Positions 43,502-53,566 of a stretch of DNA of 62,280 nucleotides are shown in pieces. A program made the translations under genes and the position numbers. The stretch covers positions 1 to 62,280 of the forward strand of contig CAZDZM010000001.1 of NCBI GenBank assembly GCA_964509945.1, given 5' to 3'. The stretch's first letter is position 1, and every line of letters starts with the position of its first letter. The notes below the pieces were generated by a model. It was not told the DNA's origin. It did no database searches and saw only the letters and a program-made list of their open reading frames with translations. The stretch is from an uncultured Candidatus Bathyarchaeia archaeon. GTDB taxonomy: Archaea; Thermoproteota; Bathyarchaeia; Bathyarchaeales; Bathycorpusculaceae.

Positions 43502-45157
43502 CTAATACTCCCCAGCGCCTGGGTATCCTCCACCTGGAGGGACTCCTCCTGGAGGTGTCGGGGGAGCTTTCATTTTTCCAGAAGCTATTATATCGTCGAT
43601 TTTGAGGATCATTGAAGCTGCCTCGGTCGCTGATTTAATTATTTGCTTTTTAACAGTTAACGGTTCGAAGACACTCATTTTTGTCATGTCTTGGACTTTT
43701 CCCTCATTCACTTCTATTCCAGCCCATGTTTCGCCTTTCTCATGCCTTGCTCTTAGCTCTGACAATATGTCGATGGGATCTAAGCCAGCGTTCTCTGCCA
43801 GAGTCACTGAAACGCTTTCAAGAGCGTCTGAATAACTTTTCACTGCAAGCTGCTCTCTTCCAGGTAAGGTTTCTGCGTATTTCTTGAGTGCCCGTGAGAC
43901 ATCAAGTTCCGGAGCGCCGCCTCCAGCTAACACTTTTGGCTCTTCAATGACGTCCTTAACTACGCATAGGGCGTCATGAATTGAACGCTCAGCTTCAGAC
44001 ACTATGCGCTCTGTTCCTCCTCTAATTAAGATCGTAACCGCGCGAGGATGCTTGCAGCCTTCTATGAAAGTCATCTTGTCATCGCCTATTTTGCGCTCTT
44101 CAACAAGGGTGGCGTAACCTAGGTCCGTTGGGCTGATGTCATCCAGTTTGGTTACTACTTTTCCACCAGTTGCTTTCGCTAGTTTCTCCATGTCTGACTT
44201 TTTAACTCTTCGAACCGCAAGGATTCCTTTTCTTGCAAGGAAATGTTGCGCCATGTCATCAATGCCCTTTTGGCATATTACAATGTTTGCTCCTGCCGCG
44301 ATAAGTCTGTCAACCATGTCTTTAAGCATAGCTTCTTCTTCCTTGAGGAAGGCTTCCATCTGATCAGGGCTTTCGATGTTAATTTTAGCGTCAAATTCCG
44401 TTTTCTCAATTTCCAAGGAAGCGTCAATTAAAGCTATTTTTGCTTTTTCTATGCGTTTAGGCATTCCAGAATGCACGACTTCTTTATCTAAAACTATGCC
44501 ATTTATCAACTTCGTGTCTCTCAGTGATTCGCCAGTCTTCTTTTCAACTTTAACATCGTCCACGTCCGCCTTGTACTGGTCACCTTCTTTTTCCGAGACT
44601 TCAAACATTGCCTTTACCGCCAAATCTGCCAAATACTCTTTGTATTCAGCTACAAGTTTGCTTGCCATGGATGTCATCGCCGTTTTCTTCAGATATTCTT
44701 GGGATTTCAAGTCCACAGGTATCGCCATTTTCTCCAAGGTTTCCAGCGCTTTCTCTGAGGCTTTCTTGTATCCGTCGATTACTATGGTTGGATGAATATT
44801 CTTATCGATTAACTCTTCAGCTTTGCTTAGGAGCTCTCCAGATATTATAACGGCTGTTGTTGTTCCATCACCTGCCTCATTGTCCTGCGTTTTTGCAACC
44901 TCAACCAACATCTTAGCTACAGGATGCTGAATGTCCATTTCATCCAAAATAGTGCGGCCATCGCTTGTTATTGTTACATCGCCGAAGCTATCAACAAGCA
45001 TTTTATCCATGCCTTTAGGCCCTAATGAACTCTTCACGGTTTCAGCCACTATTTTTGCAGCAGCTATATTTGCACGCTGTGCTTCCCTGCCTCGAGATCG
45101 GCTGGAACCTTCCTTTAATACTAGAACTGGCACACCACCAGCTTGTGCTGATGCCAA
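43502..45157 (-). CDS. ths: thermosome subunit (group II chaperonin)
   Basis: [39 protein letters not shown]-terminal GG-rich tail. Confidence 0.95.
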   Translation of the reverse strand: MASAQAGGVPVLVLKEGSSRSRGREAQRANIAAAKIVAETVKSSLGPKGMDKMLVDSFGDVTITSDGRTILDEMDIQHPVAKMLVEVAKTQDNEAGDGTTTAVIISGELLSKAEELIDKNIHPTIVIDGYKKASEKALETLEKMAIPVDLKSQEYLKKTAMTSMASKLVAEYKEYLADLAVKAMFEVSEKEGDQYKADVDDVKVEKKTGESLRDTKLINGIVLDKEVVHSGMPKRIEKAKIALIDASLEIEKTEFDAKINIESPDQMEAFLKEEEAMLKDMVDRLIAAGANIVICQKGIDDMAQHFLARKGILAVRRVKKSDMEKLAKATGGKVVTKLDDISPTDLGYATLVEERKIGDDKMTFIEGCKHPRAVTILIRGGTERIVSEAERSIHDALCVVKDVIEEPKVLAGGGAPELDVSRALKKYAETLPGREQLAVKSYSDALESVSVTLAENAGLDPIDILSELRARHEKGETWAGIEVNEGKVQDMTKMSVFEPLTVKKQIIKSATEAASMILKIDDIIASGKMKAPPTPPGGVPPGGGYPGAGEY

Positions 45158-45255
45158 ATCAAATACCCCCTTCTAGTGCCACAACAGAAAAACATAATTA
45201 ACATATAAGTTTTTCTAATAGTAGAATGATAAAGTTAGGTTGATGAGTCAAAATT

Positions 45256-46371
45256 TTATTTTTCAACTGGCTTAAGTGATGTTTTTAAGCCTGTTCCGGT
45301 TAAGATTATAATTGTCTTATCTTTGTTTTTCGCTTCCTTCTCATTTAGTTGCTTCTTGTACGTTGCATAAGCTACAGCTGAACTTGGTTCAACAAAAAAC
45401 CCTTTGCTTGCGAGATCCTTGAAAGCATGAAGTATTTCGCTCTCTTCAACAACACCTACATCGCCACCTGCTTCTTGTAATCGCTTTTGCATAAGCTCAA
45501 GCAACGGAGGATTTGTACTCACCAAAGCATCAGCAATAGATGTCACGCTGTTCGGCGGATTGTAAGCTATACCTTTAAATTTGTGATAGAGCGGTGAAAC
45601 TTGCTGTGTTTGACAAGCCACTATTTTTGGCATTGACCCAACAATTTTGGATTCGAACAAGTGTTTAGACCCCTCAATTACACCTAAGAGCAGAGTGCCT
45701 GCAGAAACAGGCAAATAAATGCGATGAGGAATTTGCCAATTAAACTGTTCAGCTATCTCATAGGCAAGGGTTCTTATGCCATCGCGAAACAGTGGATGCA
45801 GTATATGACCAACATAGAATTTTCCTTTTTCTTGCTTCTGAGCCTCCTCTGCAACCGTGCTTCGACTGCCTGAAACCTTGACGATCTCTGCACCATAAGA
45901 CTGAATCTGATTGAACTTGGGGCCAGAAACGGTCTTAGGAACGTATACTTTCGTTCTTAAACCAGCACGAGCAGAGTAAGCAGCAATGGATGCGCCGGCG
46001 TTGCCAGAAGAATCCTCAGAAATGTAACCTCTTTCTTTCTTTATCAACGCATGAAGGGCAGAAACGAGCACTGCCGACCCTCTGTCCTTGAAGGAACCTG
46101 TTGGATTCAGACTCTCAAGCTTAAAATATACGTTGCTAGAAAATTTTACCAGTGGCGTCCATCCTTCTCCGAGAGTCACTTTGTTGGTTTTCTCTACATA
46201 TGGAAAGAACCTCTCGTAACGCCAAATGGAGTAGTCATTCTTGCGAATCTCTGCAATCTTAAAATCAGGGTGAAGTTGTACTTCCAATGGTTCGTTGCAT
46301 GAAGAGCATCTGAAATCGAGCAGACTGTTTGAGAGCTCGTCGCAAGCTGAACATTTTACTTGGTAGGTCAA
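45256..46371 (-). CDS. thrC: threonine synthase-like PLP enzyme with N-terminal zinc ribbon
   Basis: CSAC...CSSCNEPLEV, LNPTGSFKDRG (PLP Lys), SSGNAGASIAAY. Confidence 0.75.
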   Translation of the reverse strand: MTYQVKCSACDELSNSLLDFRCSSCNEPLEVQLHPDFKIAEIRKNDYSIWRYERFFPYVEKTNKVTLGEGWTPLVKFSSNVYFKLESLNPTGSFKDRGSAVLVSALHALIKKERGYISEDSSGNAGASIAAYSARAGLRTKVYVPKTVSGPKFNQIQSYGAEIVKVSGSRSTVAEEAQKQEKGKFYVGHILHPLFRDGIRTLAYEIAEQFNWQIPHRIYLPVSAGTLLLGVIEGSKHLFESKIVGSMPKIVACQTQQVSPLYHKFKGIAYNPPNSVTSIADALVSTNPPLLELMQKRLQEAGGDVGVVEESEILHAFKDLASKGFFVEPSSAVAYATYKKQLNEKEAKNKDKTIIILTGTGLKTSLKPVEK

Positions 46372-46500
46372 CTGGCTGTCACCGGTTTATTCTCTCGTTT
46401 GCTTTCTCTATAATACTTATTGTCTAGTCAAACTATTCTTTATCTTTTCAGTTTGAACTAGACGAATTCTAAAAACCGTATAGATTCTGAAAAAGGGCAA

Positions 46501-47028
46501 TCAGAGTTGCAGGCCTTTTCTGAAGGCGTTGATGTTGGTTTCAACCGTCCTTGCGGAAACGTTTTCTTGTATCGTTTTTTCTATTGATTCAACCGAGACC
46601 AGTTTGGTTATTTTTGTGAAAACTCCTAGCATGACCATGTTTGCGTAAATCGCTTCTCCAAATGTTTTCTTGGCTGTTTCTGTTATCGGAATCTTGAAAA
46701 CTTTTGCCTTTGTATCGGGTATTGCGGTTACATTAGTACTATCGACTATCAAGATTCCAGTTTCTTTCAAATCCTTCAGCAATTTGTCCAGTGCTTCTTG
46801 GGTCATAACCATGAGGACATCGGGTTTTCTGACTGCCGGAAAACCTATTCTGCCGTCTGAGATTATGACTTCACTTTTGGCAAGGCTTCCCCTTGCTTCA
46901 GCTCCATATGCTTGTGTTTGCAGCGCATTTTTCCCATCCAGAACTGCGGCTTTTCCCAGTATTTGGGCTGCCAGGACTACACCCTGTCCGCCGCTTCCAC
47001 CTATTCTAATCTCTGTCTTGTTCTGCAT
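46501..47028 (-). CDS. 2-oxoacid:ferredoxin oxidoreductase gamma subunit
   Basis: IRIGGSGGQGVV, QAYGAEARGS. The start is set at the Met preceding QNKTEIRIGG. Confidence 0.8.
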   Translation of the reverse strand: MQNKTEIRIGGSGGQGVVLAAQILGKAAVLDGKNALQTQAYGAEARGSLAKSEVIISDGRIGFPAVRKPDVLMVMTQEALDKLLKDLKETGILIVDSTNVTAIPDTKAKVFKIPITETAKKTFGEAIYANMVMLGVFTKITKLVSVESIEKTIQENVSARTVETNINAFRKGLQL

Positions 47029-47845
47029 TTTCCTCTGCCTCCTTAATCTTCGAGTAGACCGCTTCAACTAGTGTCGCACGTTTTTTTGAAACAAACTCTC
47101 CGACTATTATTTTTCTTTCAAGCTCTTCATGGCTCATTGTTTCAGCTTGTTGGACAGTAACGGCGTTTTCTCTGAAGTATTTGAGCATTTCTCCGATGTC
47201 TTTGAAGCCGGCTCTCCTGCCGTAGGCTGTTGGGCAATGGGTCACAACTTCGATGAACCTGAATCCCTGAATTTGTAACGCTTTCTTGAATGACGCTTTC
47301 AATTCGCCTAAGTGTGCTGTAGTCCATCGTGCTGAATATGCAGCTCCAGCAGCGACTGCTAGCCGCGTAGCGTCTAGGGGATGCTCAAAGCTTCCGTACG
47401 GGGTGGTTGTTGTGTACGTGTTGAATGGTGTTGTTGGCGCTACTTGACCGCCTGTCATTCCGTAAACCATGTTGTTGCCCATCACGACGAGGATGTCAGC
47501 GTTCCTTCTTGCTGCATGGACGAAGTGGCTTAAACCTATCCCGACTATGTCGCCGTCTCCTCCGAAGACTACCACATTGAGTTCGGGATGTATGAGTTTT
47601 ATGCTGGTTGCAGGTGGGATGCTTCTTCCATGGAGGGTGTGAACCGAGTCAGCCATATAATAAGGTGAAGGTATCCATGAAGAGCAACCTATGCCGCTGG
47701 TGAAACAGAATTTGCTCAGGTCTTCGTGGCCCAACTCATGCACGGCTCTTAGAAAAGTGTCGCTTATTGAGAAGAGTCCACAACCTGCACAGAAGGGATA
47801 TTTCAAGTCTCGCATGTATTTTCGGGACGAGAATGCTTCAGCCAT
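47006..47845 (-). CDS. 2-oxoacid:ferredoxin oxidoreductase beta (TPP-binding) subunit
   Basis: FCAGCG, SGIGC, FGGDGDIVGIGLSH, NNMVYGMTGGQ. Confidence 0.85.
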   Translation of the reverse strand: MAEAFSSRKYMRDLKYPFCAGCGLFSISDTFLRAVHELGHEDLSKFCFTSGIGCSSWIPSPYYMADSVHTLHGRSIPPATSIKLIHPELNVVVFGGDGDIVGIGLSHFVHAARRNADILVVMGNNMVYGMTGGQVAPTTPFNTYTTTTPYGSFEHPLDATRLAVAAGAAYSARWTTAHLGELKASFKKALQIQGFRFIEVVTHCPTAYGRRAGFKDIGEMLKYFRENAVTVQQAETMSHEELERKIIVGEFVSKKRATLVEAVYSKIKEAEENAEQDRD

Positions 47846-47846
47846 T

Positions 47847-48986
47847 TTAACTGTCTCCTCCAGAGATTTTCGCGTAAACTTCTTCAGGAGTGATCAATTC
47901 TCCGGCTCCAATCTTATTCAAGGGTACTACCTCTAAACTGCAAGCGACTCTTTCCACTTCACGCTTGACTTGTCCCAAATTCATTTCAGCAACGATTATT
48001 CTCTTGGCAGAATCAGCAAGTCTCCTGACTGCTTTCTCTGGGAAAGGCCAGATTGTCTTCAAGCGGACAAATCCGACTTTTACTCCCTCAGCTTCAGCAC
48101 GTTCAACAGCTTCATAAACTGCCCTGGATGTACAGCCGAAAGACACTATGCCGACCTTGCAATCGTCAACCTTATAGTTTTCTACTTCAACGATATCATT
48201 TGCATGGCTGTTTATCTTTGCGTTAAGTTTCTCAATAATCCTTCTGTGAACATTTGCATCTTGCGTAAATCTGACTCCATACTCGTCGTGGGTTGAAGCT
48301 GTGACGGCAACGTTAAATCCTTCGCCTATTGAGGGCATTGGCGCAACTTCTTCTGAACCGAAGAAGGCTCTGTCCTCTGCCTTTGGCTTCTTGCGACTGA
48401 TTATTTCTATGCTTTCTAGCGGTGGGACTACTATTTGCTCTCTAACGTGAGCTATAGCTTCATCCGCCAGGAGAATCACTGGAGTGCGGTATTTCTCAGA
48501 AAGGTTGAAGGCTCTTATAGTTAGTTCAAACATTTCTTGAGAAGAATTAGGTGAGACCGCGATGGCTGCGTAATCACCATGTGTTCCCCACCGAGCCTGC
48601 ATGACATCTCCCTGTGCACCTCGAGTCGCCTGCCCAGTGCCGGGTCCAACCCTTTGAACATCAACAACCACGCACGGCGTTTCGGTCATGAATCCCCAGC
48701 CGATGGTTTCCTGCATTAAGCTGAATCCTGGCCCAGAGGTGGCTGTCATTGATTTCCATCCTGCCCAACTTGCACCCATGACTGCGCCTATGGAGGCTAA
48801 CTCATCCTCCATCTGCATGAATATGCCGCCTACCCGTGGCAGACGTTCGGAAAGGCGTTCGGGTATTTCACTAGAAGGTGTTATCGGGTATCCGGCGAAG
48901 AATCGGCATCCCGCAACTATGGCTGCTTCGACGCATGCTTCATTTCCTGACCAGAAGTGTGCCCTTGATCCTGCTTTTGTCTTCAT
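47847..48986 (-). CDS. 2-oxoacid:ferredoxin oxidoreductase alpha subunit
   Basis: FFAGYPITPSSEI, MEDELASI, TATSGPGFSLMQE. No delta-subunit gene lies upstream. Confidence 0.85.
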   Translation of the reverse strand: MKTKAGSRAHFWSGNEACVEAAIVAGCRFFAGYPITPSSEIPERLSERLPRVGGIFMQMEDELASIGAVMGASWAGWKSMTATSGPGFSLMQETIGWGFMTETPCVVVDVQRVGPGTGQATRGAQGDVMQARWGTHGDYAAIAVSPNSSQEMFELTIRAFNLSEKYRTPVILLADEAIAHVREQIVVPPLESIEIISRKKPKAEDRAFFGSEEVAPMPSIGEGFNVAVTASTHDEYGVRFTQDANVHRRIIEKLNAKINSHANDIVEVENYKVDDCKVGIVSFGCTSRAVYEAVERAEAEGVKVGFVRLKTIWPFPEKAVRRLADSAKRIIVAEMNLGQVKREVERVACSLEVVPLNKIGAGELITPEEVYAKISGGDS

Positions 48987-49187
48987 TTTACACCCATCAT
49001 AACTTTTGGGTGTGCATTAGGTTGATGAGGCTATTTAAGAATTTGCGTTTGCCAACGTAATTTTTATGATTCTCTTTTTCCAAGACGGCGTGTCTCTATT
49101 GATTGCTAAAACCACTGCTTACTTACAAGAAACATTGCGAAACACTAATAAAAATCGCCATTTATTAAGAATCGAGGAAATTATAGC

Positions 49188-50144
49188 ATGAAAAATAAAA
49201 TCCTTTTTGCGGATCGGCGGCCTATGTGCGAAGAATCCATGGAACTGTTGCATAGCGCAGGAGAAGTTATTTACGCGGTAGGGGATGCTGAAGCTGACTT
49301 AATAAGGGATATGAAGGACGCGGTCGTAGTCATTTCGGGTATACGGTACATCTCTAGAAATGCAATCTTTGCTGCTGAGAAATTGAAAGGGATAGTGGCC
49401 TATGGGGTAGGTTACGACCACATCGATGTCGCTGCTGCGACGGAGAAGAGAGTTTACGTGGTCAACACGCCTGGAGTCAACTCGATATCTGTCGCCGAAT
49501 TTGCTGTTGGCTTGATGCTTAGTGTTGCTCGTCGGATTCCTCAGCAAAACATGAGTGTAAAAGCTGGCAAGTGGCTACGTTGGGAGCTGATCGGAAACGA
49601 GCTTTGGGGGAAAACTCTAGGCATTGTAGGTCTTGGACAGGTTGGGACGCACATTGCCAATCTGGGAAAAGCCTTTGGGATGAAAGTGTTGTCGTTTACT
49701 CACTATCCATCAAAGGAAAGAGCCGAAAAATGGGGAGTAGCTTTCGTTGACTTGGACACGTTAATGAGAACCTCAGATTTTGTCGTGGTTTGCTGCGCTT
49801 TAACGGATGAAACATGCGGATTGATAGGCGAAAGAGAAATAGGGTTGCTAAAACCAACAGCATATCTTGTGAATGTGGCGCGCGGACCAGTTGTTGATGA
49901 GCATGCATTAATTAAGGCTCTCGGTGAAAAACGCATGGCTGGTGTAGGCCTTGACGTCTTCCAAAAAGAACCTCCTGAGCCGAATAATCCCTTACTAAAA
50001 TTCGATAACGCTATAGTCGCCGCACATGTAGCGGGCTTTTCTGTTGAGGCTATGAAACGTCTTCAAATGACTGTTGCTGAAGAGTCAGTTAGACTAATCA
50101 AGGGCGAGATACCCAGATGTCCGGTGAACAAGTTTGCTGGATGA
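49188..50144 (+). CDS. D-isomer-specific 2-hydroxyacid dehydrogenase (phosphoglycerate/glyoxylate reductase-like)
   Basis: GIVGLGQVGTHIA, NVARGPVVDE, LDVF..EP, and the His/Glu/Arg catalytic context. Confidence 0.85.
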   Translation: MKNKILFADRRPMCEESMELLHSAGEVIYAVGDAEADLIRDMKDAVVVISGIRYISRNAIFAAEKLKGIVAYGVGYDHIDVAAATEKRVYVVNTPGVNSISVAEFAVGLMLSVARRIPQQNMSVKAGKWLRWELIGNELWGKTLGIVGLGQVGTHIANLGKAFGMKVLSFTHYPSKERAEKWGVAFVDLDTLMRTSDFVVVCCALTDETCGLIGEREIGLLKPTAYLVNVARGPVVDEHALIKALGEKRMAGVGLDVFQKEPPEPNNPLLKFDNAIVAAHVAGFSVEAMKRLQMTVAEESVRLIKGEIPRCPVNKFAG

Positions 50145-50224
50145 AGAGACAACTTAACTGACAAAAGCAACCTTTAAAGCCATTTCAACATAAGAGAATT
50201 AGTGTTCAATTGGGAGGATGAGAA

Positions 50225-51400
50225 TTGAAACAATTAATAGCTAATAGAGTTCAAGCGGTTCAGCCGTTTCTAGGAAGAGTAATGTTCGAAAAAGCTAAAG
50301 CATTAGAGCGCAAAGGAGAAAAACTAATCCATTTTGAACTAGGTGAACCTGACTTTGACACCCCGCAACATATAAAAGATGCCGCCAAACGAGCACTTGA
50401 CGAAGGCCACACTCATTACGCTCCAAACGCAGGAATATTAGAGCTCAGGGAAGCCTTAGCTGAAAAACTCGAAAAAGAAAATAATCTCGAAGTAGACCCT
50501 GCAACACAAATCTGCGTAACTGTGGGATCACAAGAAGCAGCCTACTTGGCGGTGATGTGCACAATCGAAGCAGGAGACGAGGTTTTGATAACCGATCCAG
50601 GCTATTACACTTACAAGAACTGTATCCAGATGGCAGAAGGGAAACCGGTTCTAGTTCCGCTAAAAAAAGAAAATGAGTTTAGACTAGATCAAGAGGATTT
50701 AGAAAAGAGGCTCACGTCTAAAAGTAAAATGGTGATCATAAACTCTCCGTGTAACCCGACTGGATCAGTTATGACCAAGGACGACCTACAGGCAATTGAC
50801 GAATTAGCAGTCAAACATGACTTGCAGGTTATTTCAGACGAAATATACGAGAAAATAACCTATGACAAACAAAAACATTATAGCATCGCCGCATTATCAA
50901 GGGACCCTGATCGAGTAATAACCGTAAATGGCTTTTCAAAAGCTTACGCGATGACGGGATGGCGCGTCGGCTACGCCGTTGCCAGCAAAGCAATTACTTC
51001 TGCTATGGTCAAGATGCAACAAAGCGCCGTGTCTTCCGGCACGACGTTCGCACAAAAAGGCGCTGCAGCAGCCTTAAGGGGACCGCAAGAGCCGCTGCAA
51101 AAAATGTTAAGAGAGTTCGAAAAAAGAAGAGAAGTCATCATAGATGGCCTAAACAAAATCGAAGGTTTTTCTGTTGCTAAACCGAAAGGAGCCTTCTACG
51201 CGTTCGTTGATGCGAAGAAACTTCGGAAACCATCAATGGAACTCTCAGAACTCTTTCTAAATGAGGCAAAAGTGGTCACGACACCTGGCATAGCTTTCGG
51301 GGAAAACGGAGAAGGCTACATAAGAATGTCATACGCTGCCTCAATAGAAAACATCCAAGAAGGGTTAGAACACATCAAACTAGCTGTTGACAAGCTATAA
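50225..51400 (+). CDS. class I/II PLP-dependent aminotransferase (aspartate aminotransferase-like)
   Basis: HYAPNAG, NSPCNPTG, SDEIYE, NGFSKAYAMTGWRVGY (Schiff-base Lys). Confidence 0.85.
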   Translation: MKQLIANRVQAVQPFLGRVMFEKAKALERKGEKLIHFELGEPDFDTPQHIKDAAKRALDEGHTHYAPNAGILELREALAEKLEKENNLEVDPATQICVTVGSQEAAYLAVMCTIEAGDEVLITDPGYYTYKNCIQMAEGKPVLVPLKKENEFRLDQEDLEKRLTSKSKMVIINSPCNPTGSVMTKDDLQAIDELAVKHDLQVISDEIYEKITYDKQKHYSIAALSRDPDRVITVNGFSKAYAMTGWRVGYAVASKAITSAMVKMQQSAVSSGTTFAQKGAAAALRGPQEPLQKMLREFEKRREVIIDGLNKIEGFSVAKPKGAFYAFVDAKKLRKPSMELSELFLNEAKVVTTPGIAFGENGEGYIRMSYAASIENIQEGLEHIKLAVDKL

Positions 51401-51507
51401 ACCAAATGTTTATTTGACTTTTTTTTATATCTTTCAATTCGAATTATTTTCTTGGAAGAGTTTAATAGTGGCAGTTTTGAAAGCTAAAGACAGATGAGAG
51501 TGACTGG

Positions 51508-52056
51508 ATGAAAGAAATAAGATTTCATGGACGCGGAGGTCAAGGGGCGGTCGTAGGTTCAGAAATCTTGGCCGACGCAGCTATGAAAGAAGGGAATTAT
51601 GGACAGTCGTTTCCCACTTTTGGACCCGAGCGAAGAGGCGCGCCCATCGTAGCGTTCACGCGGATAGACAACAAGCCCATAAGGCTTAGATGCCAAATCT
51701 ACGAACCGGACTATGTGATAGTTCTAGATCCGACGATTTGCCAACTTCAAGATGTGACAAGCGGGCTGAAACTTGAAGGTGCCGTAATAATAAACACCCA
51801 GTACACGCCGGAGCGAGCTAAGGCAGAAAAGCTAGTTGCAAAAGGCAAGGTTTATACTGTGGATGCTACAAGCATTGCCGTGAAAATTTTGGGGCGCCCG
51901 ATACTGAACACAACAGTCCTCGGCGCCTTTGCGGCTGCAACTGCTGAAGTAAAACTAGAATCTCTGTTTGAGGCTGTGAGAGATCGATTTTCAAAGACTC
52001 TGGCAGAGAAGAACATTTATGCTATTGAAGAGGCGTACAAATCGGTAAAAGGTTAG
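51508..52056 (+). CDS. porG: pyruvate/2-ketoisovalerate:ferredoxin oxidoreductase gamma subunit
   Basis: IRFHGRGGQGAV, FGPERRGAP. First gene of a G-D-A-B order cluster. Confidence 0.85.
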   Translation: MKEIRFHGRGGQGAVVGSEILADAAMKEGNYGQSFPTFGPERRGAPIVAFTRIDNKPIRLRCQIYEPDYVIVLDPTICQLQDVTSGLKLEGAVIINTQYTPERAKAEKLVAKGKVYTVDATSIAVKILGRPILNTTVLGAFAAATAEVKLESLFEAVRDRFSKTLAEKNIYAIEEAYKSVKG

Positions 52057-52060
52057 GTGA

Positions 52061-52369
52061 ATGATCATGTCTAAACCTTATTGGACAAAGGAAAACTTTC
52101 CGACGAATCCCGTAATACGAAATCCAGGCGGGTCGCTGGCTTTCAAATCAGGCGCATGGCGAATGCAGAAGCCCATTATTGATCATAGTAAGTGCACAAA
52201 ATGTGGGCTTTGCGCAATTTTCTGTCCAGACATAGCAATTAAACAATTGCAGGACGGCCAGTTCGAAATCAACCTTGATTACTGCAAGGGTTGTGGCATA
52301 TGTGCGAACGAATGTCCACAGAAAGCCATTCAGATAGTTATGGAGGTTCAGGACACATGCACAAGCTGA
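52061..52369 (+). CDS. porD: Por/Vor delta subunit (2x4Fe-4S)
   Basis: CTKCGLCAIFCP and CKGCGICANECP. Confidence 0.85.
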   Translation: MIMSKPYWTKENFPTNPVIRNPGGSLAFKSGAWRMQKPIIDHSKCTKCGLCAIFCPDIAIKQLQDGQFEINLDYCKGCGICANECPQKAIQIVMEVQDTCTS

Positions 52370-53562
52370 AGTTGATGTCTGGAAACAAAGCGGTGGCTGA
52401 GGGGGTTAAGCTCTCAGAAGTGAACGTAGTAAGCGCCTACCCCATTACGCCACAGACTTCAATTGTAGAGTATCTTTCAGAATCTATTGCAAACAGTGAA
52501 TTGAATGCCGAATTTGTCCAGGCGGAAAGTGAATTCGGAGCAATGAGCGCGTGTATAGGCGCATCTTCAGTTGGAGCTCGAGTCTTCACTGCAACTTGTT
52601 CTCAAGGACTTGCGCTGATGCATGAACTGAATTATGTTGCCGCTGGCCTAAGGCTTCCAATAGTCATGGCAGTTACAAACCGTCAACTGTCCCAGCCTTT
52701 GGGCATGTGGTGTGATCACAGCGATGCAATGGGTGAACGAGATTCCGGCTGGCTTCAAATCTACGTGGAAAGCTGTCAAGAAGCCCTTGACACAGTGATT
52801 CAGGCATTCAAAATAGCAGAAAGCAAAGAAGTCCTATTGCCCGTCATGGTGTGTTTAGACGGCTTCATTCTCTCGCATACTTCAGAGGCTGTGGAAGTTC
52901 CTGATCGAGAAACCGTTCGAGAATTTTTGCCACCTTATAAACCTGATGCCGATTACAACACTCTTATGGATATAAACAAGCCCGCAGCAGCCGGAGGCGG
53001 GTGCCCTCCAGCTTACACGATGGAGTTTGACTATAAAAAATTTGAGGCTCAAGAGAAAGCTAAAGAAGTCATAAGGAAAGTTGATGAAGAGTTCGCTGAG
53101 AAGTTCGGTAGACAATATGGTTTAGTAGAAGCATATCGATGCGATGATGCTGAAATTATTCTTGCAGCCATGGGCACGATGGTAAGCACAGCTAGAGAAG
53201 TAGCTGACAGAGTGAGAAGAGAAAGAGGATGGCGTGTCGGTATTATGAAGATTAGGTCTTATAGGCCATTTCCGAGAGAGGACGTTTTAAATGTTGCATC
53301 TGAGTCAAAGGTTCTAGCGGTTATGAGCAGAGCGATCTCCTACGGAATTGGCGCGCCGGTCTATTCTGATGTTGCGGCAGCTTTGTGCAACACGCCTCAA
53401 AAGCCTACTTTGCTCAATTTCATCACTGGTATGGGAGGAAGAGATGTAACGCCGAAGGATATAATGACAGTGTTTGAAAAAGCAAAGAAAACGGCTGACA
53501 CGGGAAAAGTGGAAACTGAAATTGACTGGATAGGGTTGAATAAAACTTTGGTTGGAGGTTGA
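52357..53562 (+). CDS. porA: Por/Vor alpha subunit
   Basis: MHKLKLMSGNKAVAEG...SAYPITPQT. The start is moved to the ATG preceded by GGAGGT; the track N-terminal extension overlaps porD. Confidence 0.85.
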   Translation: MHKLKLMSGNKAVAEGVKLSEVNVVSAYPITPQTSIVEYLSESIANSELNAEFVQAESEFGAMSACIGASSVGARVFTATCSQGLALMHELNYVAAGLRLPIVMAVTNRQLSQPLGMWCDHSDAMGERDSGWLQIYVESCQEALDTVIQAFKIAESKEVLLPVMVCLDGFILSHTSEAVEVPDRETVREFLPPYKPDADYNTLMDINKPAAAGGGCPPAYTMEFDYKKFEAQEKAKEVIRKVDEEFAEKFGRQYGLVEAYRCDDAEIILAAMGTMVSTAREVADRVRRERGWRVGIMKIRSYRPFPREDVLNVASESKVLAVMSRAISYGIGAPVYSDVAAALCNTPQKPTLLNFITGMGGRDVTPKDIMTVFEKAKKTADTGKVETEIDWIGLNKTLVGG

Positions 53563-53566
53563 GTCT

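Noticed and set aside
43439-45157. Thermosome-RpoK fusion protein by TAG readthrough
   Set aside because: The frames coincide, but there is no evidence for stop suppression. A chaperonin-polymerase subunit fusion has no precedent that I know of. A near-cognate start or an assembly error is more parsimonious, so it is kept only as a minor alternative in the rpoK finding.
52291-52356. N-terminal extension of porA (MWHMCERMSTESHS...)
   Set aside because: It overlaps the porD coding sequence. The canonical MHKLKLMSGNKAVAEG start has a GGAGGT site immediately upstream.
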